Virus record (IMG/VR): IMGVR_UViG_3300028854_000017
Reading direction: 5' to 3' (one strand)
DNA length: 64,000 nt
Origin: an uncultured virus (IMG/VR IMGVR_UViG_3300028854_000017)
Taxonomy: Duplodnaviria > Heunggongvirae > Uroviricota > Caudoviricetes
The notes beneath the pieces were generated by a model. It had not been told where the DNA came from, searched no databases, and saw only the letters and a program-made list of their open reading frames with translations. A program made the position numbers and the translations under genes. Numbering within the stretch: the first letter of the stretch is position 1; every line of letters begins with the position of its first letter. Below are positions 55,001 through 64,000 of this stretch, one piece after another.

Positions 55001-55637
55001 GATACGTATCTATGTTTACGCCTTGAGCAATCTGAATAGCGTACTGAATTTGCCACCGGCGATTGATTTCCATATCAACTTCTGAAATGTCGTCAGTAGC
55101 ATTTGTTCCAGCGTATTGAGTATTTCCATAAAGCCAAAGATGTGTTGCATCAGGTTTATTTGATGTATTCGAAATGGTCGCCGACGTTCCACCCAATTCG
55201 GCTATCCAAACTTCAAGATATGCGAGGTCTATTCTATTTCCGGTGGTCGGTGGCGCAGGCAAAGTTATGTTGCTACACGTTCCAGTTGTTCCAGCTGTAT
55301 TGGTAATAGGAATTTTCCATCCATTCACCAATCCAAGCATATTTCCAAGCCGTATTTGATTAGATAATGGAATTCCGTTTGTGGTTAGAACCATCAGTTC
55401 GCCGTCGGCATCAGCGGTGGTAGTCGTCTCTATAAGCGAAACTGATTTGATCTTGGTGATAAACCCACTAGGAGACATAGAACGATAAATCTCTTGATCT
55501 GCTTTTATGCGTAGCCAGTCTTTAATGTTGTATTCTTTGGTGGACGCTGGACAGCCCAAACCCCAAGGGTTCATCACGACGTTCGTGTTGCTGATAGATT
55601 GTTCCGTAGTTATATCACGGCTTTTTGACCAGCTCAT
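52050..55637 (-). CDS. tail fibre/baseplate protein with NHL-repeat beta-propeller
   Basis: RIDLAYLEVW and DGYSYAIPIAAIYRRN N-terminal blocks; repeated P.G...D..G.IY.SDT.N.R. Confidence 0.8.
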   Translation of the reverse strand: MSWSKSRDITTEQSISNTNVVMNPWGLGCPASTKEYNIKDWLRIKADQEIYRSMSPSGFITKIKSVSLIETTTTADADGELMVLTTNGIPLSNQIRLGNMLGLVNGWKIPITNTAGTTGTCSNITLPAPPTTGNRIDLAYLEVWIAELGGTSATISNTSNKPDATHLWLYGNTQYAGTNATDDISEVDMEINRRWQIQYAIQIAQGVNIDTYPDGVSQTSVVKAFGASGAATPYTFSVSATDPGLYVAGDGSTTAKATLGTIDGYSYAIPIAAIYRRNTGIYADSNRDGCAASGPSGGTIASGISGRPDHLYADQIVVGDLLSLRHQALIQQQWDFPSLLQDNFDKLLRGNSNSLFGVGDGTGNDAAYRSTAPLIAQELNSSSVPYYLGFSQYNYQRRIYSDAAVLQQTEWNYTAATVIPTASLLPWNVNPPAVPALAASAGGTLNGITIYVRLTYCTDATGLYETNGANEASLAMGTNGTLTISSPAAVTGASYYNVYAGTTTGAANLFKQNSSPISIGTNKVLNSALLTVTATQTVNSASSPLLFTLSTSGLKNPTGAAIKTMTNSTNQSDAGGFPNGYSIIVYEFSTGIAVTGVWSGLGTVSSTFRITPGTQWSAAALANGVVSVFGIYYPAGNGLNHRPYNIVAQDANISGTDYTVGVIGTGNVGTGNNNFALANGVATDTAGNIFVVDTGNHRILKYSSAFVFQAQFGQTGVSGNDTSHLNSPQGIAIDSSNNVYISDTMNHRLVKLSNSLAIVGTPLFNTGVAGSDSSHLNTPLGMNINSTNLFIADSLNNRVVEVNLSSFTYSATPVTGLANAINCVTVDASGNYWITTGHSVARYTSGGSFSARFGSVLTSGASNYALNSPSNIEYGADGYIYVADTNNHRIVRLNNNLIYVGQYGVTGIVGTDTSHLNHPTGFFLDTIGGIYISDTNNYRVVKTNKFMGACDFPLRQFEIVVGGNPTDTLKLWYNFKAYQGIIASQGSTPIAYHLKALTPITLYINTLGTGGRNTVVSDLLNGALVNLPMPSNDGTNTIGEWACSGTNFTISGYDNSPLLTTSTAGLVGSEGNSSTINISGSQILISQLTAAAYSIRGINTLQRYVDNYGYDSVIANSIQTQAVNKCVVGAFLAVASGDLQNNGITPVIPDLIKGEIVMVVINTYNTSTSSQLNGQTNVTTAIDIFRLQNRPIVRY

Positions 55638-55711
55638 AGTAATTCCTCTTTAACTGATAATACGAAATTTTCGGTGCGTTTACCAACCTTAATATGTACT
55701 ACCAGTTCTAT

Positions 55712-56257
55712 CTAAAATGTGAAATAAATCTTTCTGCTTAAAGAGAGCGTGTCATCAATTGAAAGTGGCGCGTGTGGCACGTAATCCATCATTAATCCGC
55801 TATTTGGTAGATTGGCTTGAAATCCGCTAAATATCCCAAATTCAGTGAGAATAACAGTCGAACCTTGGCTTAATTCACCCTTCACCCAACTAGCCGTCAT
55901 CATAATGCGATTAGTAGGAGATGTTGTAATGGCGTTGTTTTGATCTACAAAGCTGATAGTACACTGCTTTCTTGTATATTCATTGACAAGAGTGGCAAGA
56001 TTAGGACTTTGTGTTTGGGAACCGATTCCAACGGCCCAAAAGCTATTATTTCCAGCATAGAAACCCTGAATCAAGCCAGCCACTAGAGTGCTTATTCCAA
56101 CCGTAATTATGTTGTGACGAATGGGAGTAACGATCTTCTCTACGATACGACCAATTTCGTCATATCGTATGATTTCATCCTGATATTCGCCCTTAATAGT
56201 GGACTTAATATCAACATTTACTTCCAATCCATCATTAGTTTTTATCATGTTCTTCAT
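55712..56257 (-). CDS. tail-collar/baseplate protein
   Basis: HNII..G, WAVG.G, L.NE..RK, LTEFGIF motifs. Confidence 0.7.
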   Translation of the reverse strand: MKNMIKTNDGLEVNVDIKSTIKGEYQDEIIRYDEIGRIVEKIVTPIRHNIITVGISTLVAGLIQGFYAGNNSFWAVGIGSQTQSPNLATLVNEYTRKQCTISFVDQNNAITTSPTNRIMMTASWVKGELSQGSTVILTEFGIFSGFQANLPNSGLMMDYVPHAPLSIDDTLSLSRKIYFTF

Positions 56258-56259
56258 GT

Positions 56260-56802
56260 TTAATTCCCAAAATTACCAAATGGAGTTTGAAGCACGATAC
56301 CTGTGTAGTTAGTTCTTTGATTATCCTGTGCAGTAACCCCTTCGTCTGTCACAACTGAAGGGTCTGAGGACTTAATAGCTGTTGCGTTTCCCAAATCGTC
56401 TACTGAAACCGAAGCAGGAGTCTCGTACTTCCTAATTTTAGAACCTGTTGAAACACTAGCTGTTCCTATTCCTTGAATAACCGTCGATGGAATAACGATC
56501 GGTCTTCCCGCCGAACCCAAGGCTGGAATGTTCAATGAAGGATCGGGGTCCGTTATAGTCAATTGTTGTCTAAACACATAACTCGATTGATCACCATTTA
56601 CCACAGTAATATCATATATCCCAGCGGGGATATATGGAAGAACGAATTTAGCCATAAAAGAGTTGGCATAGTGGCATGGTATTCTAACCATATTAATAAT
56701 CACAGCTATAGGGGCTACAAAACCTGTTCCACCTATGGTTATCTCGGCAGATTTGCCAGTCATAAACGAAGCATGTGAAATAGAGTTTACAAGAATCGCC
56801 AT
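56260..56802 (-). CDS. IPT/TIG-domain virion protein
   Basis: ITIGGTGF...AGIYDITVVNGD; TAATG overlap. Confidence 0.65.
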   Translation of the reverse strand: MAILVNSISHASFMTGKSAEITIGGTGFVAPIAVIINMVRIPCHYANSFMAKFVLPYIPAGIYDITVVNGDQSSYVFRQQLTITDPDPSLNIPALGSAGRPIVIPSTVIQGIGTASVSTGSKIRKYETPASVSVDDLGNATAIKSSDPSVVTDEGVTAQDNQRTNYTGIVLQTPFGNFGN

Positions 56803-59800
56803 TATTCCCAACCCCCAGATTGTGCTGCAACATCAAAAACACCAACATTTATTGGATCAGCGTTAACAGGGGAAACATCGACACCGTTGATAGATGTGGT
56901 TTGTATAGCTGTGTTTGGATTCTGTGGAACATATACTGTCGGCTGTAAAATAACAGCACCTACAATTTGGTCAGGGATCACTGTCGATATAACATTGTTA
57001 TTTGGAGATATGTTCAAAGGACCATTCAAACTACCAATTGTTTGAGAGGATGGAACTTGAGTGGGTGTTGTGGATGCTGGAATAAATACCGTCAACCCCA
57101 TCCAGCTAACCGAGCCATACGTACCAACCGAATCAACCACAGTAACCACATATCCACCAGCTGTAACACTTGGGACTACGAAATTTAACTTTGTTGTGCT
57201 CACATAGGTTGTTGTACACGCCGTAGCTCCTACATATACAGTAGACGTACTCGCAAAATTATTCCCAAATACTGAAGAAGTGCTCAACGTATCAACAAGC
57301 GCTGGCGAAACATAAGAAATAGACATCGCCGCTGGCGGTGTTGGAGGAGACGCCGGAGATGGGGTTGGAACAAATGTCTTTTGAAGCGCTCCGAATCCGT
57401 TTTGCGTCATTATGATGATTCCGGTAACTGTGGCAGAACTTAAAACCACCAGTACTGGATATCCAATACCGTCGAAACCACTAATCGAAAGTATATTCGC
57501 TTCAACACCACCAACCAGAATGGAAAATCCAGCATCCCTAATCGGATTATACGAGTCTATTTCTAATGTATATTGGTCTCCGGAATGTCCAGCGACAGCT
57601 ATAGTATCCAAGAAACTAGGCACATATGTATCAACAGTGAAACTAGTTAACGCTGTCTGTTGAAAGCTGACGCCAATATCATTCTGTACTATAACGAAAT
57701 AACGATCAGCCAATGTGTATTCATAAACATGTATCTTGCAACGAATATAAGTATCGGTTACCGTGTCGATTCCAACCACATCAATTAGCGGTACTTCACC
57801 ATTCTGATTAGATAAAACAACACGTACAGCACCAACAATTGTAGATGTTAGAGCGCGTCCACCAACAAATCCAGAACCGTAAATTTCAAGTACGTGAATA
57901 GCATCCATCTCGGTCGTACTTGGCGTATTTCCATTTCCATCCAAATAAATACTCGTAACATTTGGAATATCCAAACCGCCACACGTCGGCGATAAGACTT
58001 GTGGATTAACCGATATATGTATAGTCGCTGTTGTTGTTAAACCAGTTGAACTGGTGGCAGTTATCTTAAAATCTTGCGTTCTATCTGGGTATATGACAAA
58101 GCTAGCCAAGCCTAGAGGAAGATTTTGTCCACCAACAAAATCTCCTGTCACATTAACAGCGCCAGTTGTCTGCCACGAAACCGTAACAGGGTCTCCCACA
58201 TTGACGCTTGCCGAAGATATGCTGGTTGATATAAATTTTGCCCCTGCATCAACATTCACAAATCCAGCAGCAACAAAACTAGAATAATTATTTTTTCCAT
58301 TAAACCTATACATCGTATTGGTAGTTGGAAACGCCGTGTATTGAGCGTTATTCGCGTTGGATAGCAAAGTAGTTTGATTCTGCGTTGGTCTGGCACCGTT
58401 TACAGAAACGACAGAGTCGCTAAAAGCATACAACGTCACCTGTTCAACCGAATAAGCGTTGTACGCAACGTTTGAACTTTGCCCAAGTTGGACTATGGCT
58501 GGTTTACAAAGTATGGTGATCTCGTTGGATACAGCTGTTGAAACATTGACAGTAATGTCGCTAATTACAACCGCTCCACCATACCCAACGACATACAAAC
58601 GATAACTGGTACTGCATGTTGGCATCACCAACATGGTGCCTGCATCAGCAACACTGGTCGATATCATGGTGGATAAATCTGTAATCGAAACGCTGAATGC
58701 ATTAGAAGTATTCCAGCACAACCCTATTCCATCTGCATAACCGACAGTGATAGATGTGGAAGACTCGGCAGACATCGAAATGTCTGCATCATACGCAGTG
58801 AATTTATTAATCACCGGAGCGTCAACCGAAAGCAAATTGCCAGATGCTTTTAGTGTCAGTTGTGTACCGTGATTCGCTACGACAATATTGTATACGTGCG
58901 ATGCTGACAATGTTTCCGGAGTTGTATAATCCCAATTCAATTGTAAATCTTCGTTAAGAACTGAAACTCCATCAATAGAAGCTGTTCTAACGTTATTCAC
59001 ATCTATGGTTAACACAGCTTTCGTTGTTTGAGATAGGTTTAAAGGAATGCTATCAATTGGTGCGATTGTCCCACCATTACTCGTGATTTGGAACGTGCGC
59101 CCATAATGATACCAGTAATCCCAATCGCCCTCTAATGGGTAGATTCCGGCAGCGTTGAAGGTTACAGGAACTTGTGAATTTCCTTGTTGACCTCCCTCAC
59201 CTCCAGATTGCGCAGCTGGAAGTAATGGATAACCACCAATCACAGTCTTTGTTTGACCTGATGTGCCAGTTATTGAACCACGCCCTGCCCACGTGCAATT
59301 CCCACCTATTCCCCAAATAATGCTGTCTTTATAAAATGCACCTATATCATATGTTCCAGCAGCCGGGACGTACAAATAAGCCAATATACAGCAGTTAAAG
59401 TTGCTGTATCCTCCGCCACCAGTAAGCGACGGGTCGAATAGATTTTTCGTTCCTATTTGTATACCAGAGCTGTTCAATATAGTCCATTGTACCGGGCTTG
59501 ATATAGAGCCGTATGGATTTTCGTCAAAGAGCAACGAATTTCCAACCGTCATTCCATCTGCATCAGACAACACACGAGTGATTCCATTTGCGTACAAGTC
59601 GGAAACATTCTGCCATATATATGCACTTACCGATCCACTATGTGGCGAATCACCCCAATAGTATGTAAGAACAGAACCAAACAGATATATTTTACTTAAT
59701 ACTGATGTAGAACTTAGCGGTAAGAAGGCGAAAGGCGGGGTGACACCAATATCGTAAACCGACAAACAAGGGTCTGTCCCATTTACCTGAATGATGGTAC

Positions 59801-62800
59801 TAAGAATACCTTGCGTATAGACATTATCAAAGAAACTAACCCGTATCGTAGTAATTCCGAGAGTTATATAGGTTACAAGCCCATCATTCACTGTGATGGA
59901 TGACGAGTAATTGCTATAGCTGCATACCGACGTTACATCAAGAGATGAACCATCCGAATATATAGCCATAACTGTAATCTGCTGTTGCAGTCCTAATTGA
60001 CTGTAATCTATAACCATCGGATTAACTTGCAATTCTACAGGGTAAGGCAATTGTATTGATACGACGGCTATATCTGTATAACCTTTCCAACTTGCCAATA
60101 CAGAGACCACTCCATTTTGAACTGGGTTAAGCACAAATCCAGCCAATGTAGCAAGACCTGTAGTAACCGGATTTCCCCTAAAATCTACAAATGAAAAAGT
60201 AAGGTCACTGTCTGTAGTAATATCTACAAAAATTTGGTCTCCGGTAGAATCATCCACAAGAGTTTGTAGAACGCTAAGTTTATACGGCTGTTTTAAGTTC
60301 ATATAAACTGGGTCTGGCGATATCGCAATACGTTCGGTGTGATAGCTCTGTGCTTGCGTAAAGGTAATAGTGTCTGGTAAGGTATTGCCACATATATTAT
60401 GTGCATACATCGTAATTGTCACCCCCTCAGCGGGTATGACAACTGAAACTGAGCCCTCACTTCCCCAAATTCCAGATAAGGCCGCCTCAACATCTGCATC
60501 ACTCGACATAAACGAAACGTCAGAGGTATTCTGACAAGACCAGTGTAAATTGAAAGATTGTCCGTATAGAGCAGTTGTTCCATCGATGGTTGGGAATGTG
60601 TATCCGAATTGTGTAACTATCGGGATTATAGAGCTATCTTGTACTTGGAACATCTGTGTTGCTATTCCTTGTGACGTATCCGTATTTATGAGAACCAAAT
60701 TATAAATACCTGCTACATCGACATCCATCAAAAACGAAATCGTATTCTCGTTGATAAAGGTTGTTGTCTTGGCTACCAATCCAGTGTTCATCACCATATA
60801 CACTACAATGCCTGACCTGAAATTAGAACCGTTCAGAACAATGGTTGTAGGTGTAAATCCAGTTCCAGAGCAAACATAATTGGGTTGGCAATTTGCTACG
60901 AATGGCGGAAATCTATACGTCGATTCGTCATAAACCAGCACGAATGTTTCATTCATCGCTATCACGTCTTCCACACAATCCAACTTAACCAAACGAACAG
61001 GATATGAACCAAACGTAAATTGTGGAGCGATGAACGTAATACTCCCATTCACCCAATCAATATTGGTAACTGCCGCTTGCACCAGTTGCGTCAAGGTTGG
61101 ATTACCAGGCGATACAGATTCAGCTGCTTGTCTAGTCGGCGTTCTCAACCACACTTCCATCTTCGAACTGAAACCAGTACCAGTTAAGGTTACAGGAACG
61201 GTCTCACTAATCGTAGGCCCAACTGCTTCAGGTATATTGGTAGGGCTAATATTATTTACAGCAAAATTTCCAGCGCCTTGTTGAACTGGTTGCACGTATA
61301 CCGGAAGGATTATGGTACGTGTTCCAGCAGCATTAACAGCTGTAATAGCGTAATTAACAATGTATTGCACAATTTCAGTACTTCCAACCATATAAGAGTC
61401 GTAACTTGAAATGGTTGGGCTACCTGGCTTCGGAAGTATCACTGTCATCGTTTGAGAATAGGTTTCAATATCGGGGTTTATTGCTATAGCATTGTTATTA
61501 AAAAATAATTGGTGATTACCGTACTCTACGGCGTATTCAAAAAATAGCGATATACCATCTAACACTCCATTTTGGAATTCCAGCGTTGGTACGAAGGTCA
61601 ACACACTTGTTCCATATCCTTCCCAAGAACCATATACAGGTGTGTCATCGTCTACTCTCGATACAATCGGAACTTCATTAGCGAATGCAGTTCCAACTGG
61701 GTCTGAAGATAATGGAGTTAAATTCAAAGAGCTTGATCCATATTCCCAAAGTACTGTTTGTTCTTCACTTACATGGTCGTTGAAATCAACTAGATAAGAA
61801 ATCTGAGTTTGATCAGACTCGCACAATTCAACCACACTAGGAGTTGCAATAGCTGTAATTGTAGGAGCATCAGTCGTAATCGGAACTAAAACCACAGATA
61901 CTACGATGGAAGCAGAAGCAATTTGTCCATTGTTTCCTGTTGCCTCGATTACATAACGAGTATTGACAGTTGGGTAATAGCTGATTGAACCACTGTATCC
62001 AACCGTTGTATCGTCTTCTAAAATAACGCCAGTATCGTTGTTATATCTGTATATCCCAACAGCATCAGAATTTGTAACCTCCCAGCATATGTTGACCATT
62101 CCACCTAGCACAACCTGTACTTTAGGTCTCGCATCGGGATAATCAGTAGTAGAAAGAGGGTCGGTTGGGTCTAGAGACCAGATGTAGGCAGTAGGATTAA
62201 GAATTCTCAATACAGTGGCTGGTGGAGGAGGTGAAGCCGGAACATTAATTGTTTGGTAGTATATGTTTCCAGCGGCATCTTGATAGGCTATTACGATGCT
62301 TCTAGTATCTGAGTAATCGGTTCCCCAATTTTCACCAAGATATGGAGCGTCTATGTTCCTAATAACAACAGGAACATTATGAATATTTTGTAGCATCAAA
62401 GCTAACGTGTTAACCGACAATCCTTGCATACTCGTTGGAGCGGTAACACTAATCGGTGTTGTAATAATCACAGATGTGGAACTCAAAACATCTATCTTAC
62501 TGCCGGTTCCAGCCCAAGACGAAACAGGGCCAGTGATAGATGAAAGCGTCTTTTCCATCACATCATCACTCAGCGTTTCGCCAACGCGTGGATTTAAATA
62601 ATCATCAGATACACGTTGATAAGATAGGAATACTGGATCGTTTTCGTATGTTGGCGGCGGTGCTGGATTAGTAGTTGATGTTAATATATTGATAAACTTT
62701 ACGTTGTCCCCTGTTCCGCTACTATCACCTACCAATAAATTAGTGTTGAATCCTCCTGATAATCCATCTCCTAGTGAACCGTCCAATACTACGGTATCAA

Positions 62801-64000
62801 CTTCTGTCGTGAATGTTGGAGGCGCTATAACCTGTCGCGTCTCTACAACTACCCCATCTCCAACACTTGGTATGTTTAGATTGTTCTGATACCAAGGCGT
62901 AGGAGCAACGTTGCTGGCAGCCCAATGATCTCCATAGAACTGTTCATCAGGTTGTGAAAAGAACTTAACACTAGCGCTAATTTCTTGGTCGATGATACCT
63001 TCAATCGAAGCCAAGGTATCGTTCACCATCAGTAACACTTCATTAGCAACTTGAGTAACGGTAAAGTATGGCGTAGTTCCAGCTGCACGATGACGTGCTA
63101 CGATTTCCTCAAGATGTTGTGTAGTATATTGAAAATACGATGTATTGATGGGTACGTCGACAAAAACACCAAAATTAGTAAAGCTATACTGACCACCCAA
63201 TCCATACTTTGCCGTGTCTGTCGGAGAACCCATCGTTGGGTTGTTCAAGAATCCATCGCCAACCATCAAATCGTCAGTATATTCGTTAGATGGAGTAACA
63301 TTTATCAACGATGGCATACCGTCGCCAAGAAGTATGTTGGGGCTGTATTCAAGAATGGTAGTTTCGTATCCAATACCACGAGAGAGTATATTCTCGATAG
63401 CTAAATTGTTGATGCGTGGTTTTACGGTTTCCCACAGCAGACGGTTGGAGTATTCATAATCTGGTTCAACAGTGTAGCCAATAATATTGTTATGTTGCGG
63501 GTCGCTCGTAGCATACATTGGTATCGACAATCTAGGGATGTCGAATATCGTTCCCCAATAATCTAAGAAACCGTTTTGAGCTGTGGCGAATCCTAGCTGC
63601 TGAATGGCGAGGTCTACATCATTTTTAGCTGTTTCTAATATATATGCTAACGGTCTAAAAATAGCCCACAGCGTAGATGTAAAAATCTGTACGTTGTACC
63701 AGTCGTCTTCACTTAAAGCAAATGTACCTTCCAATAGAGCAATTGCACCCAAACCACTGAAAGGAGTAGAAATATTTTGAACAGATATTCCAGACGTATT
63801 ATTTAATTGATTGCACAGGTCTGCAATAGTTATGCTCTTAGCTGCATCATATGGATTATTAAAATTTATTGTGACAACGGGGATAGTTTCTCCAACCGTG
63901 GTGATAGTTAACACGCGGTTGGAGATTACTAAGTTTGAATTTCCGCTCGCCTTCAACTGAAAAGCAGGAACACTCTTAGGGTCTCGCGAGAAAACTCGGT
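56802..64000 (-). CDS. >2390-aa baseplate-wedge-like protein with Ig/IPT repeats and a PA14-like domain (5' end beyond window)
   Basis: TA...FLDYWG..F.IPR...E.D..Y..R N-terminal motif; many IPT/Big-like repeats; frame open to 64000. Confidence 0.75.
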   Translation of the reverse strand, partial: RVFSRDPKSVPAFQLKASGNSNLVISNRVLTITTVGETIPVVTINFNNPYDAAKSITIADLCNQLNNTSGISVQNISTPFSGLGAIALLEGTFALSEDDWYNVQIFTSTLWAIFRPLAYILETAKNDVDLAIQQLGFATAQNGFLDYWGTIFDIPRLSIPMYATSDPQHNNIIGYTVEPDYEYSNRLLWETVKPRINNLAIENILSRGIGYETTILEYSPNILLGDGMPSLINVTPSNEYTDDLMVGDGFLNNPTMGSPTDTAKYGLGGQYSFTNFGVFVDVPINTSYFQYTTQHLEEIVARHRAAGTTPYFTVTQVANEVLLMVNDTLASIEGIIDQEISASVKFFSQPDEQFYGDHWAASNVAPTPWYQNNLNIPSVGDGVVVETRQVIAPPTFTTEVDTVVLDGSLGDGLSGGFNTNLLVGDSSGTGDNVKFINILTSTTNPAPPPTYENDPVFLSYQRVSDDYLNPRVGETLSDDVMEKTLSSITGPVSSWAGTGSKIDVLSSTSVIITTPISVTAPTSMQGLSVNTLALMLQNIHNVPVVIRNIDAPYLGENWGTDYSDTRSIVIAYQDAAGNIYYQTINVPASPPPPATVLRILNPTAYIWSLDPTDPLSTTDYPDARPKVQVVLGGMVNICWEVTNSDAVGIYRYNNDTGVILEDDTTVGYSGSISYYPTVNTRYVIEATGNNGQIASASIVVSVVLVPITTDAPTITAIATPSVVELCESDQTQISYLVDFNDHVSEEQTVLWEYGSSSLNLTPLSSDPVGTAFANEVPIVSRVDDDTPVYGSWEGYGTSVLTFVPTLEFQNGVLDGISLFFEYAVEYGNHQLFFNNNAIAINPDIETYSQTMTVILPKPGSPTISSYDSYMVGSTEIVQYIVNYAITAVNAAGTRTIILPVYVQPVQQGAGNFAVNNISPTNIPEAVGPTISETVPVTLTGTGFSSKMEVWLRTPTRQAAESVSPGNPTLTQLVQAAVTNIDWVNGSITFIAPQFTFGSYPVRLVKLDCVEDVIAMNETFVLVYDESTYRFPPFVANCQPNYVCSGTGFTPTTIVLNGSNFRSGIVVYMVMNTGLVAKTTTFINENTISFLMDVDVAGIYNLVLINTDTSQGIATQMFQVQDSSIIPIVTQFGYTFPTIDGTTALYGQSFNLHWSCQNTSDVSFMSSDADVEAALSGIWGSEGSVSVVIPAEGVTITMYAHNICGNTLPDTITFTQAQSYHTERIAISPDPVYMNLKQPYKLSVLQTLVDDSTGDQIFVDITTDSDLTFSFVDFRGNPVTTGLATLAGFVLNPVQNGVVSVLASWKGYTDIAVVSIQLPYPVELQVNPMVIDYSQLGLQQQITVMAIYSDGSSLDVTSVCSYSNYSSSITVNDGLVTYITLGITTIRVSFFDNVYTQGILSTIIQVNGTDPCLSVYDIGVTPPFAFLPLSSTSVLSKIYLFGSVLTYYWGDSPHSGSVSAYIWQNVSDLYANGITRVLSDADGMTVGNSLLFDENPYGSISSPVQWTILNSSGIQIGTKNLFDPSLTGGGGYSNFNCCILAYLYVPAAGTYDIGAFYKDSIIWGIGGNCTWAGRGSITGTSGQTKTVIGGYPLLPAAQSGGEGGQQGNSQVPVTFNAAGIYPLEGDWDYWYHYGRTFQITSNGGTIAPIDSIPLNLSQTTKAVLTIDVNNVRTASIDGVSVLNEDLQLNWDYTTPETLSASHVYNIVVANHGTQLTLKASGNLLSVDAPVINKFTAYDADISMSAESSTSITVGYADGIGLCWNTSNAFSVSITDLSTMISTSVADAGTMLVMPTCSTSYRLYVVGYGGAVVISDITVNVSTAVSNEITILCKPAIVQLGQSSNVAYNAYSVEQVTLYAFSDSVVSVNGARPTQNQTTLLSNANNAQYTAFPTTNTMYRFNGKNNYSSFVAAGFVNVDAGAKFISTSISSASVNVGDPVTVSWQTTGAVNVTGDFVGGQNLPLGLASFVIYPDRTQDFKITATSSTGLTTTATIHISVNPQVLSPTCGGLDIPNVTSIYLDGNGNTPSTTEMDAIHVLEIYGSGFVGGRALTSTIVGAVRVVLSNQNGEVPLIDVVGIDTVTDTYIRCKIHVYEYTLADRYFVIVQNDIGVSFQQTALTSFTVDTYVPSFLDTIAVAGHSGDQYTLEIDSYNPIRDAGFSILVGGVEANILSISGFDGIGYPVLVVLSSATVTGIIIMTQNGFGALQKTFVPTPSPASPPTPPAAMSISYVSPALVDTLSTSSVFGNNFASTSTVYVGATACTTTYVSTTKLNFVVPSVTAGGYVVTVVDSVGTYGSVSWMGLTVFIPASTTPTQVPSSQTIGSLNGPLNISPNNNVISTVIPDQIVGAVILQPTVYVPQNPNTAIQTTSINGVDVSPVNADPINVGVFDVAAQSGGWE

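Noticed and set aside
1..64000. Stop-codon reassignment (code 15 or code 4/25)
   Set aside because: TAG ends well-defined genes (dut, guaC, dnaN, ruvB) and TGA ends many ATGA-coupled genes; long genes are intact in code 11. Only two isolated in-frame stops were seen.
1..64000. Numerous plus-strand and nested ORFs in the ORF track
   Set aside because: They are antisense or alternate-frame shadows of better-supported minus-strand genes, with no recognisable motifs.

Overview
This 64-kb window is a fragment of a large, AT-rich tailed dsDNA phage genome, probably myovirus-like. Almost every gene is on the minus strand; the only credible plus-strand gene is a free-standing LAGLIDADG endonuclease. 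In transcription order (right to left) there are five regions. (1) Baseplate and tail-fibre genes (64000-51371). (2) A replication/recombination block: DnaE, a stand-alone degenerate Hint protein, UvsY-like, gp32-like SSB, RecA, SbcD/SbcC, beta clamp and RuvB, with three DNA amino-methyltransferases and homing endonucleases. (3) A nucleotide-pool module (GuaC, ThyX, dUTPase, dCMP deaminase, NDT-like, two MazG-like, DUF5664-like) and a glycosyltransferase + pyruvyltransferase pair. (4) A sigma-70-like factor and a long run of small accessory genes, including an Acb2/Tad1-like protein, thioredoxin, a dual-specificity phosphatase and RlpA. (5) A 2075-aa signal-peptide-bearing fibre protein whose GC-rich body looks swapped in at a collagen repeat. 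The strongest unannotated signal is a recurrent minus-strand motif, CCGGGTATAAT (8 exact copies and 3 one-mismatch copies just upstream of gene starts, none in the virion block). It reads as a phage-specific promoter with no -35 element and may be read by the encoded sigma factor. A roughly 180-nt structured non-coding element lies at 9105-9282. All calls come from motif recognition by eye; no database searches were run.
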